Assembly (NCBI GenBank): GCA_951406725.2
Contig: OX597822.1
Location: 97,898,001-97,962,000, forward strand
Direction: 5' to 3'
Origin: Octopus vulgaris
Lineage: Eukaryota
Length of the DNA: 64,000 nucleotides
Made by a program: the position numbers and the translations under genes. Position 1 is the stretch's first letter, and the number at the start of each line of letters is the position of its first letter. Positions 1 to 11,244 of this stretch are shown here, in pieces. The notes below the pieces were generated by a model. It searched no databases, was not told the DNA's origin, and saw only the letters and a list, made by a program, of their open reading frames with translations.

Positions 1-270
1 ACTTGTTGAATCATTCATTCATAAACTTCTCCACACACATGGATTAAAATCTTCTTAAGAAAATACGAAATTACATTAATTTCAATGTCATGATTAGCGA
101 AAGCGAAACCGGTCGACAAACTCAATATAAAATGTACTTAAAAATATATTGAAGCATGTAAAGGGGCATTTTCTTTCTTTTATTTTATACATATATATTT
201 TGCATTACAATTCACCACCTGGGGATAATCGAAATTCCTCCCTTTGTGTTATTATATATATGCATGTATA
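1..270 (+). mobile_element. 3' end of a Penelope-like element (endonuclease C-terminus, HHR-bearing pLTR, then (TA)n)
   Basis: Frame 2 reads LVESFIHKLLHTHGLKSS*, resembling the E-x-x-I-x-x-L...GLN end of PLE GIY-YIG domains. A minimal hammerhead follows at 86-118, then AATATAAA and a (TA)n tract. Confidence 0.5.
86..118 (+). ncRNA. Minimal type I hammerhead ribozyme-like motif with an A3:U8 core variant
   Basis: tgtc-ATGATTA-gc(gaaa)gc-GAAA-ccgg-TC-gaca. Stem I tgtc/gaca, 2-bp stem II with a GAAA loop, palindromic stem III ACCGGT, UC cleavage site. Confidence 0.6.
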
Positions 271-283
271 CATACTTAAATGA

Positions 284-287
<4 letters not shown>

Positions 288-367
<80 letters not shown>
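288..367. repeat. (TA)n microsatellite, representative of dozens in the window
   Basis: Pure TA dinucleotide run. Confidence 0.99.
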
Positions 368-370
<3 letters not shown>

Positions 371-847
371 TAAAAAGCTGCACAGGTAGACAAGAAAGGA
401 ACATATGAAGAACATATAAGTTGTGGACACTCATCCTTCATCATTTATCGACCAAAGGTCTTTCCAATTTCATACCATTTTCGATAAGTTTATTCACGTT
501 GGTGGCGTCAAAAAAAGCTGCTGGGATTTATGAGCAGACATAAAGGATACAACGAGACCAAGAAAAAACAGACAGTTTCTGAAGAACGAACGGTAAAATG
601 AATAGAAATCGAAAAAGCAAAGGCAGTAACGAAAACATAAACAAATGACAAAAGTATTATTTTATATGTACGTAGGAGGCCTTTCGGCTGTACGACAGAA
701 GTAGGATGAGACACGAACAATGAAAAATGACGCAAATGTTACTTTTACACACACACACGCACACACATGCACACACACACACTCACACCCACAAGTGTAT
801 ATGCATACGCTCACATAGTTATATATTTGTATATGTATATATATTTG

Positions 848-899
<52 letters not shown>

Positions 900-928
900 C
901 ATATATATACATATATATACAAGCATAT

Positions 929-1323
929 AGGCGCAGGAGTGGCTGTGTGGTAAGTAGCTTGTTTGCCAACCACATGGTTCCGGGTTTAGTCCCACTGCGT
1001 GGCACCTTGGGCAAGTGTCTTCTACTAATAGCCTCGGGCCGACCAAAGCCTTGTGAGTGGATTTGGTAGACGGAAACTGAAAGAAGCCCGTCGTATATAT
1101 GTATATATATATTTATGTGTATGCGTGTGTGTCTGTGTTTGTCCCCCTAGAATTGCTTGACAACCGATGTTGGTGTGTTTATGTCCCCGTTATTTAGCGG
1201 TTCGGCAAAAGAGACCGATAGAATAAGTACTGGGCTTACAAATGTTGCTCGATTAAAGGCGGTGCTCCAGCATGGCCGCAGTCAAATGAGTGAAACAAGT
1301 AAAAGAGTAAAAGAGAGAAAAGA
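929..1323 (+). mobile_element. tRNA-derived SINE, family A (octopus-type; internal (TA)n, AAAGAG tail)
   Basis: Head ggcgcaggagtggctgtgtggtaag...ggttccgggtttagtccc with A/B-box-like motifs; tail gaaacaagtaaaagagtaaaagag. Many copies in the window. Confidence 0.9.
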
Positions 1324-1377
<54 letters not shown>

Positions 1378-1379
1378 TT

Positions 1380-2335
1380 ATGTATGTATGTATGTATGTA
1401 TGTATGTATGCATGTATGTATGTATGTATGTAATATGTATGTATGTGTGTATGTATGTATGCATACACGTACGTATGTATGTATGTATGCATGCACGTGT
1501 ATATATTTCGATGGTGTATATCATGGCGTAAGATATATACATGTGTATATATCTCTACATATGTAGTGATATATACACATGTATAGATGAATGTAGAAAT
1601 ATATGTATACAAACGCACAAATACATACATACGTATATACGTAGAAGTAAACACATAAAGTATCCACATATGAGTACGTACACCTCTGTACATGCACAAG
1701 TACACACAAATACGTACATACACTCACGCAAAGGAACAAACGGAAGGAAAAGACAATCAGCGCTCCCGCTTTAATACTAAAAAATGTGTAATATATACGT
1801 GTGTAAATGCAAGAATAATGAGGGTATGTGTGTGGCTAGATACAGAAGAAATACGCCACGAAACTTCGCCCGAAATCTTTGGCTTTGTACTTTTCTTGCC
1901 GCTGAAAACCTTATACCATGATATACACCATCGAAATATATACACGTGCATGCATTCATAGATACATACATACATACATACATACATACATACATACATA
2001 CATACATACACACACACATACATACGTACGTGTATGCATACATACATACACACATACATACAAATTACATACATACATACATGCATACATGCATACATAC
2101 ATACATACATACGTGTATGCATACACACATACACACATACTTACATATTACATACATACATACATACATGCATTCATATTACATACATGCATACATATAT
2201 ACATACATTCATATTACATACATACATACATACATGCATTCATTACATTCATATTACATACATACATGCATACATTCATATTACATACATACATACATAC
2301 TTGCATTCATAGATACATGCATATTTACATGCATG
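1380..2335. repeat. (TATG)n/(CATA)n complex microsatellite region with a local inverted duplication
   Basis: 1487-1526 is the reverse complement of 1916-1955; the flanking tetranucleotide tracts are also in opposite orientation. Confidence 0.85.
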
Positions 2336-2339
2336 CGTG

Positions 2340-2722
2340 CAGAAGCTTTCTTGCCAGCCACGTTTTTCCGGGTGCAGTTCCACTGCTTAGTATCATGGGC
2401 AAGTGTCTTCTACTATAGCCTCCGGTCGATCAAAGCCGAGTGACTGGATTTGGCAGACGGAAACTGAAAGAACTCCATTGTATATATGTATAAATATGTA
2501 TGTGTGTGTGTGTGTATGTATGTGTGTGTTTGTGCCTGTGTTTGTCCACTCCATCACTTGAGAACCGGTGCTGGTGTGTTTATGTCTCTGCAACGTAGCA
2601 GTTTGGCCAAAGAGCCTGATAGAATAAGTACCAGGCTTTAAAATATAAGTACTGGGGTCGATTCATTCGACTAAAAATTCTTCAAGGCTGTGCCCCAGCA
2701 TGATCCCAGACTAATGACTAAT
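2340..2722 (+). mobile_element. SINE family A, diverged copy
   Basis: gggcaagtgtcttctactatagcc...gatagaataagtaccaggc...ccccagcatg. Confidence 0.8.
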
Positions 2723-2789
2723 ATGTATCTAATTACCGTTCTGTGAAACACATAACACATTTCACCAGCGACAGCGCCAAAATGCCACC

Positions 2790-3375
2790 TTATTCTTTTC
2801 TACTCTATGAACAAGGCCCGAAATTTTTAGAGACGGTACCAGTCGATTAGATCGACCCCAGTACGCAACTGGTACTTAATTTGTCGACCCCCAAAGGATG
2901 AAAGGCAAAGTCGACTTCGGCGGGATTTGAACTCAGAACGTAAAGACAAACGAAATACCTATTTCTTTACTACCCACAGGGGGCTAAACACAGAGAGGAC
3001 AAACAAGGACAGACATAGGTATTAAGTCGATTACATCGACCCCAGTGCGTAACTGGTACTTATTTAATCGACCCCGAAAGGATGAAAAGCAAAGCCGACC
3101 TCGGTGGGATTTGAACTCAGAACGTAAAGACAAACGAAATACCTATTTCTTTACTACCCACAAGCGGCTAAACACAGAGAGGATAACCAAAGACAGACAA
3201 ACAGATTAAGTCGATTACATCGACCCCAGTGCGTAACTGGTACTTATTTAATCGACTCCGGAAGGATGAAAGGCAAAGTCGACCTCGGCGGAATTTGAAC
3301 TCAGAACGCAAAGACAAACGAAATACGCTAAGCATTTCGCCCGGCGTGTTAACATTCCTGCCAGCTCGCCGCCTT
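2790..3375 (-). mobile_element. SINE family B, trimeric tandem chimera
   Basis: Head ggcggcgagctggcaggaatgttaacacgccgggcg on the minus strand, followed by three repeats of the ttctgagttcaaat...ctttcatcctttcggggtcga...aagtaccagtt body. Confidence 0.85.
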
Positions 3376-4075
3376 ACAGCAACATGATATTGCCAAAACT
3401 ATATACAAGACCAACCATAGAAAAACATAGATAACATCTTTACTCTTGAATATCGTCATCGGCTATTCTTCATAGGTCGAGTTGATTTCTGTGACCAGAA
3501 AGCTTCTAACTCAGCCTGTTGGTACTCAGGGTTTAGCACTGACTGCGAATATCGAGAGTGAGCTGCCTGTGTGCACAGCTCTTGCTTGCTACTCCCAGGT
3601 ACTTACACCTGCTGCTGTCACATTTACTCCGTCGCCACAGAGCTTTTGTCCAGTGCCTTTGGATGGTGAGCAAGGATGTTAGCTTCGCAACCCCCTGCAC
3701 CAGACTGCCCCTCTGTATCCTTTTGACGACCAATACCTCGTAGGAAAATTAGGTAGATGGAAACTGTATAGAAGCCTCTCGGCTGGACTGAATCTGTATT
3801 TCACAGGTGCAAACTTTTCACACGCACACATACACTCACACACGCTTACACACACACACACACTGTGTCATGCCAACACTGTGTCATGCCGATTCTACAT
3901 GAGTATTATGCAAACGGCACAAGCTGCTGTGCATTACTACGCTGCTTACCCATTGAATTCAGTCGATCGAGCGACTGAATACTCATTGTCGAAACTGACG
4001 GAGATCTACACACACATACGCGAGTGCACGCGCACACACACACACGCATCATATCCACCCACACATACATATAAT

Positions 4076-4415
4076 GGCGGCGAGCTGGCAGAAACGTTAG
4101 CACGCCGGGCGAAATGCTTAGCAGTGTTTCGTCAGCCGTTACGTTCTGAGTTCAAATTCTGCCGAGGTCGATTTTGCCTTTCATCCTTTTGTCCTCTCTG
4201 TGTTTAGCCCCTTGTGGGTAGTAAAGAAATAGGTATTTCGTCTGCCGCTACGTTCTGAGTTCAAATTCCACCGAGGTCGACTTTGCCTTCCATCCTTTCG
4301 GTGTCGATAAACTAAGTACCAGTTACGCACTGGAGTCGATGTAATCGGCTTAATCCGTTTGTCTTGTCCTTGTTTGTCCCCTGTAGGTTTAGCTCCTTGT
4401 GGGCGATAAACAAAT
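4076..4415 (+). mobile_element. SINE family B, partial dimer
   Basis: ggcggcgagctggcagaaacgttagcacg head; body present twice. Confidence 0.85.
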
Positions 4416-4589
4416 AACACATGTATGTGTATAATTATTAACAGCAGAGGCAGTATTAATGCCAAACTTAGCGTGGAGGTTGTGTTAGAACGCAAAATAC
4501 TGCGTTATTTACCTTGAGAGAATGTGTCTTAATGAATTGTGTCTTAATGAATCGTGGTGCATAAAAGCTTGTTTATTTACTTTTATTTA

Positions 4590-4857
4590 TGCGTCCTTTT
4601 TCAAGCCTAGCCGGGCTCATGGGCCCGGTTTCTCGGTTTCTGTGGCGTATGTGTCCCCCCCCCCCCAGCTGGATTGGACGCCACTCTATCGCAGTGTTAC
4701 TCAAAAAAACAGGAAGAAAGAGTGAGAGAAAGTTGGGGCGAAAGAGTAAAACAGTGCTGGAGCCTTGTGGAGCTTTAGGTGTTTTCGCTCAATAAACACA
4801 CGCAATCCCCCGACCGCGAGTCCGCTGCCCTAACCACTGGGCCATTGCACCCCCACT
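4590..4857 (-). mobile_element. SINE with a family C head and an alternative 3' tail
   Basis: Shares gcaatggcccagtggttagggcagcggactcgcggtc and the ttctctcactct segment with family C, but the tail is different (ccagctggg...gaaaccgagaaaccgggcccatgagcccggctagg). Confidence 0.75.
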
Positions 4858-4951
4858 CATAAAAGCTTTTACACACCGTTATTCTGTGATAGATAAACAA
4901 AAATATAAAGAAATAAAGAAACAGGCATACTCACACACATATACACACACA

Positions 4952-5337
4952 GTGGAGGCGCAATGGCCCAGTGGTTAGGGCAGCGGACTCGCGGTCGTAG
5001 GATCGCGGTTTCGATTCCCAGATCGGGCGTTGTGAGTGTTTATTGAGCAAAAACACCTAAAAGCTCCACGAGGCTCCGGCAGGGGATGGTGGTGATCCCT
5101 GCTGTACTCTTTCACCACAACTTTCTCTCACTCTTACTTCCTGTTTCTGTTGTACCTGTATTTCAAAGGGTCGGCCTTGTCACTTTCTGTGTCACGCTGA
5201 ATATCTCCGAGAACTACGTTACGGGTACACGTGTCTGTGGAGTACTCAGCCACTTACACGTTAATTTCACGAGCAGGCTGTTCCGTTGATCGGATCAACC
5301 GGAACCCTCGTCGTCGTAACCGACGGAGTGTGCTTCC
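4952..5337 (+). mobile_element. tRNA-derived SINE family C, full length
   Basis: A box tggcccagtggttagg, B box ggtttcgattccc, end ccctcgtcgtcgtaaccgacggagtg. Seven closely similar copies in the window. Confidence 0.92.
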
Positions 5338-6509
5338 ATCTGTACCTATAAATGTATCATTAACATTAAGGAAGGGATTCATAAGTTTGGTGAGTAGAGT
5401 AACAGAATTTCTGTTGGATTAATTGGACGAAACCATAGGAATCAGGAAACCTCCCTGAGCCAATGAGGAATTATGCATACTCATTGAATCGGAAAATATC
5501 TAACTCTCCCTTATGTTATATTCTACATTATAAAAGAAAGATACATTAGATTAATTGACTTCTATATTCAGTAAATTTCAAGAAAAAAAAACCTAAATAA
5601 AATACTTAACAAAGTTGGGAGAGAAAATAGCAACAATCCGGATATAGTGTTGTATTTGATTATAAATCTGTTCGATAAAGACTGAACTTTGACCTGGAGG
5701 TAGACAGCAGTGACAATAACAATAATAAATATATCATATTATAAAGCGGTGCATCAATGCTGAAGCTGGATCAGCTGGAAATAGCAGCTAAATTTCTACA
5801 GAATTGTATCTGAAAGAAAACGAAATACACATTATATAATTAGATAATACCGTAAATATGTCTGAAGAAGTAAATAAATGAATAAATAAATTAACATTAA
5901 TAATAACAGTAATACTAAAAATAATATGAAAAAATGGATGATTACGACTATAATTCCTTTGATCATTTGTCTGCTTGATTTGGACTGATCTGGGGCTACA
6001 CAACAACAGCAGCAACAACAACCACAACAATAACTGCAACAACAACAACAAGTCTAAATCTACTGTAATTGCTGTTTAATCATCATATAGAAATAAAAAA
6101 AAAAGCATTATTGTTCCAACAACATGCTGGCTTTAACGTACTATTTTTTTTATGCGCTTCTCATAGTTTGCTTTGTTTTTCGTTAGTTTATTCACAATGG
6201 AGGATTAATTCTATTATGAGCAACAAACACAAAAAAAATATTTAATATAATCTAAAGAAAAAAAAAAAATTTACACGCTTAGAAAATAACATGAAACAAA
6301 AATATATATATTTATTTAGTTAGTTTTTTTATAGTTCGCCATTTTGGAATGAAATACAAAAATAAATCTCTGAAGATGTTCAAAGAAGAGAAACATTACT
6401 TGAAAGAATGTCTTCAAGAAACTCAGAGCATTGACTAGATTAAGAGAGATTTAGAAATTTGAATTATTTTCAGACATGACAAAATAGCCTGTATGTACGT
6501 GTGTATGTA

Positions 6510-6678
6510 TAATCTCTCTCTCGCACTCGCTCCTCATTCTCTCTCGCACTCGCTCTCTCATTCTCTCTCGCACTCGCTCTCTCATTCTCTCTCTTTCTCT
6601 CTCATTCTCTCTCTTTCTCTCTCATTCTCTCTCTTTCTCTCTCTCTCTCTGAAATTTTTAGCTTACGCGTTGTTTTCA

Positions 6679-6730
<52 letters not shown>

Positions 6731-6847
6731 AATATATATATATATACATACATACATACATACATACAAGCACACGTATGTATATACATATACAAACACA
6801 CAATTACCCATACATATGTATATGTATATATATATATATATATATGC

Positions 6848-6883
<36 letters not shown>

Positions 6884-6885
6884 GT

Positions 6886-6969
<84 letters not shown>

Positions 6970-7020
6970 CATGTATATCTATGTGTCTCTTTATACACAC
7001 ACACACATACATATATATGT
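6510..7020. repeat. (TC)n/(TA)n/(CATA)n low-complexity block
   Basis: Simple repeats, including a short ctctcgcactcgctctctcatt minisatellite. Confidence 0.95.
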
Positions 7021-7024
7021 ATAT

Positions 7025-7320
7025 GGTGAAGGCGCATGGCCTAGTCTTTAGTGTGTTGCACTCCCCATCACTGGATTGCGGGATCGATTCCCGGACCGAA
7101 TGGTGCGTTGTGTTCTTGCAGAAAACACTGCATTTCACGTTGCTCCAGTCCACTCATCTGTAAAAAGGTAACCCTGCGACAGACTAACCTTCTGGTCAGT
7201 GCGGATTGTTGGCCTGCTCGCCTAGCCAGCAGGGTGGAATCATCCGAAATCTAAAACGACGTAAAGCGCATTGCGACTAGCGATGTATTACAACATCCGA
7301 TAGTCTTGTAGATCATGCGA
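7025..7320 (+). mobile_element. Older tRNA-derived SINE (family D) with a conserved central domain
   Basis: ggcgcatggcctagt...gggatcgattccc head, followed by ttgtgttcttgcagaaaacactgcatttcacgttgctccagtccactc, similar to CORE/V-type central SINE domains. Confidence 0.65.
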
Positions 7321-7381
7321 TCTATTTATCTACCTATCTACCTATCTAGCTGTGTGTCTGTGTGTCTGTCTGTGTGTCTGA

Positions 7382-7473
<92 letters not shown>

Positions 7474-7546
7474 TCATACATACATTCATACATACATACA
7501 TATACATACATACATACATACATACATACATACATACATACATACA

Positions 7547-7950
7547 TGGTGGCTGCCCCCACGTTATCGAGTATGGCCATTGCACGAAGCTTAATCAATG
7601 TTGTTATCGTGCAATGCCTGTGCAACAAGATTTCTTTTTAAAGTGAGGAAAGGCTGTGCACTGAGTCAATCCCACTCACTAAGCAACAGCAGCCATAATC
7701 CGAAAAGAAGAACAAGTCAACATCATCGGTAACCACTGAGCCGCAGGTTTTATGTCGGAGTTATCCCAGTTACCTGAGTTACATTCTCCTAGAAGGATGC
7801 CCTAACAAAGGCTAGGAGTCCTTCACTCACAATGGTTTAACCGCGCGATCGGGTATTCAGTCCGATTATTTCTATGTTCCCGCGCATGATACAGCCTTAA
7901 GACATTTATTGGATGGCCGTTGACTCTCAAGAGTTCCTCCGCCCTTTGTA
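7547..7950 (-). mobile_element. Probable non-autonomous RTE-derived (bipartite) element ending in (TATG)n
   Basis: GC-balanced 400 bp. The ttctcctagaaggatgccctaacaaaggctaggag segment resembles the antisense of RTE 5' UTRs. Abuts a (CATA)n tract. Confidence 0.4.
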
Positions 7951-8413
7951 CTAACAAAAATGAAATACTTTTAATTGTCATAGTATAGTTAAATGTTAAT
8001 TTTTCCTAAATTTGCTTTAAAAGAGCAGACAATCCCCGAATTCCAGTTATTGCTTGGTTTCAGGTGAGCTTCCATCGTACTGAAGCGACAATCCTGTCTT
8101 GTATAGATGCGTTGTATCTGGGGCTACGACATCAACGGTGCCACTCCTTTTTTTAAAAGGGAATAAGGAAATTTGTGGATAGTTTGTTACTCATGTGGCA
8201 GAGTAGAGCTATCGTTATTGACCTCAAATTACAATAATATTAATTCATAAATCTGTAAATACGCATGCAGAGAGGCAAATATAAAATTGTACACACACAC
8301 ACACATACGCACACACACATACGCACACACGAATACATTTAAACAATTATATACGTATACACGTATAAGTATACATACATATTTAAGTACGTGTCTATGT
8401 CACTTTCTGTGTT

Positions 8414-8469
<56 letters not shown>

Positions 8470-8540
8470 TTTGAGGGAATATTAATCCAAACTTACAGGG
8501 GAAAAAGAATTCAATTTAGAAAAACTAAATTAAATTTCAC

Positions 8541-8584
<44 letters not shown>

Positions 8585-8588
<4 letters not shown>

Positions 8589-8983
8589 TAGAAAAAAACA
8601 CCTTTTATCAATTCAAAATGAACAATTAAATTACACCATCTAGAAAATTACATATAATAGAAATATTAAAAATTAAAATAACAATAAAATATCAATATTA
8701 AGTAAATTGTAAAAAAAAATAATAAAAGCGTATATAATTGGTAGAATAACGATTTTACTACTACTATTAATTTTTTTACTATAATCATTTCTTAAATATA
8801 GTCACGAAACACGTATCATTATTCTACCAATTATATACGTTTTTATTATTTCTTTTGCAATTTACTTAATTATTGATATTTTATTGTTATTTTGATTTTA
8901 ATATTTCTATTATATGTAATTTTCTAGATGGCGTAATTTAATTGTTCATTTTGAATTGATAAAAGGTGTTTTCTTTCTAATTT
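8585..8983. mobile_element. Foldback (MITE-like) element in (TA)n
   Basis: ~170 bp inverted arms (8585-8753 / 8815-8983), ~60 bp spacer, (TA)n on both sides. Confidence 0.8.
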
Positions 8984-9290
8984 ATATATATATATATATA
9001 TACAAATTGAGATAGGGGTTGTAAATGCAAGCCTCCAGCTGTAAGATGTAATCTATATTTATATTTATATTTACTTATATTTATATTCTCTTTTATATAT
9101 ATTCCACTTATTATACAACGTTACTCTTTTATGTACACTTTTTTATGTACATTCCTTTATGTACACTGATTTGTTCTGCTTTTTATATTTAACCCTACAA
9201 TCTCTTATGTAGTGGTTTAATAAAGTACGTGATTGAGTATTATCTGGTAATTGATATTTGATTTAGATGTATTTCTCCATTTTCTTATCT

Positions 9291-9336
<46 letters not shown>

Positions 9337-10072
9337 CAAAGAGAGAAAAAGAGAGAAATACTGGTATATCAAATCATATACAGCATAAATTCTTTATTAA
9401 AATTATCTTCTCCTCTTGTGGCTGTGTTCCAGTTACTAAATGGTGATTGAGAATAGCTCCATACGAGAAGGTGAGAAAATCTCAAGAGTTATGAACGCTC
9501 AAAAGTTAGCATTCCTTTAGGAAAAAAAGCAGGTTTATTTTCTAAAGACAGGCGAAGAGCCGTGGGCACATGCTTCGGCCTCAGTAGATGTTAAAAGTTC
9601 TACAATTGTCCTATTCCAATCAGCCATGGGAAAGAATTACACAGTGTATAAGCAGCTACGGTGACATAAAGCTCTTGCAAATTTCCCAGTTTCTATGTTT
9701 ATTATTAACTCATCGAAGAAGACTCTACGAAGTCGATTGTTGAGATTCTCATCCTGTCTCCAACATGTCCACTATTTTTTTTTCTAGTTTCAGCTCAGAG
9801 CTGATGCACTGCCGTTTTGTGCTACACTGTTATTACGACGAACCTCGTCTAATATGTGGCACTTGGTGAATAATGGAGTTTGATACAGCTACTCTCATTT
9901 GCATTCTTACTTGTTCCTCTTTTTCTAGAAATATATAGGCCAAATCTATTTCAGATCTTGTATTTTATATTTACCTTATCAAAAATAGCTGAATTAGTTG
10001 TATGAAATGAGAAGTTCATTTAATTGAATGGATGGGGTACTGAACAATTCGTTGAAGGCTGATCAGTATAAA

Positions 10073-10275
10073 GCGGCGAGATGGCAGATACGTTAGCACG
10101 CCGGACAAAATACTGAGCGGTATTTCGCCTCTCTTTAGGTTCTGAGTTCAAATTCTGCCAATGTCGACTTCGCCTTTTATCCTGAAATAAGTACCAGTTA
10201 ACTAGTGGGGATCAGTGTAATCGATTAGCTACTACCCTGAAGTTTCAGGCTTTGTGTCTATATTAGAGAGGATTA
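10073..10275 (+). mobile_element. SINE family B, diverged
   Basis: gcggcgagatggcagatacgttagcacgccgg...ttctgagttcaaattc...aataagtaccagtt. Confidence 0.8.
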
Positions 10276-11244
10276 TTACTTTAGTATGTCTAGAGAACAG
10301 TTCATTCTACTGTAAATTGATACTGAAAATTTAACACGGATCATCGCGATAAACCAATCAAGTTGTGTGGGATGCGCCGTAATTCTAACAAGCTCCAGAA
10401 GCCAAACTATTCCACATTTGAAATATTTTGCTAAAATGTTAAATGTTGCATGCACATACAAGCATTTAATTGATTGATCAATAAACACTGGTGGTAGAGA
10501 GTTTTATATTCATTATGGGTTTTTATAGATAACCAAATAATTCTTTTTCATCATCGACGGGAAATAGCTGATATATCCGTTGATACTTATACAAACCCAT
10601 TGTATATTATTTAAATATATTCGGAAAGTAAGGAGGGGAGTTGGTAGAATTGTCCCCTAGTGGTTGACAGTATGTGCATCTCTGATCAGAAGTAGGAGCA
10701 GTGTGGGAGCATCATAGCCATGTGTTGAGAAGAATACTTTGGGGTTTGAATAAGTGTGACAAAAGCAAAGTTTAAAGGAAATATTATCCTTTTTCATACT
10801 TTCTAAGTCTATGCAAATAGAAAAGAACAGTTTCTACCAAGGACAAAAATCGTGTTACACAGTGAATAGATCGCATAACATTTTTAATTTGGTTGTTGTT
10901 GTTTCTCCTGGCTAAATTTGGTATTTATTTATCTTCAATAATGGTTTTCTTTGACCAATATCTATTGTCCAAGCAACGTTTCAGCAACGGCCTCATTGAT
11001 TATTTTCTATCATTTAGGACTGATCTGTCGAGTATATTCTGTCATTTGTAAGAGAGAAGGGTTGAAGAAATAAAAAAAGAAGAGGTAAAAGAGGAGGAAG
11101 AAGAAGAATATAAGGAAAAATGAAAACGATGATAAGTAAGACGACGACGACTATGACGACGACGACGACGATGATGATGACGAAAGAAGGATCTATATAG
11201 AATGAGCCCTGTCCTGAATGAGAAAAGATATGAGGTAAACACCG

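Noticed and set aside
415-720. Hammerhead fragments (TGATGAAGG...; GAAAGGCCTC on the minus strand)
   Set aside because: The halves are incomplete and cannot be assembled into one consistent fold.
2830-3320. CRISPR-like regularly spaced repeats
   Set aside because: The units are ~180 bp SINE B bodies with no unique spacers, in a eukaryotic context with no cas genes.
3955-4010. Hammerhead-like CTGAATA...GAAAC
   Set aside because: Core mismatch without compensation, no stem II, no palindromic stem III.
4952-5030. tRNA genes
   Set aside because: The A/B boxes belong to SINE heads that continue into SINE bodies; no complete cloverleaf is evident.
5086-5289. Repeated 67-aa ORF (MVVIPAVLFHHN...) as a small gene family
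   Set aside because: It lies wholly within SINE family C copies.
5788-6051. Signal-peptide-like ORF MLLLLQLLLW...
   Set aside because: The Leu run comes from a (TTG)n microsatellite at the edge of a short decayed repeat.
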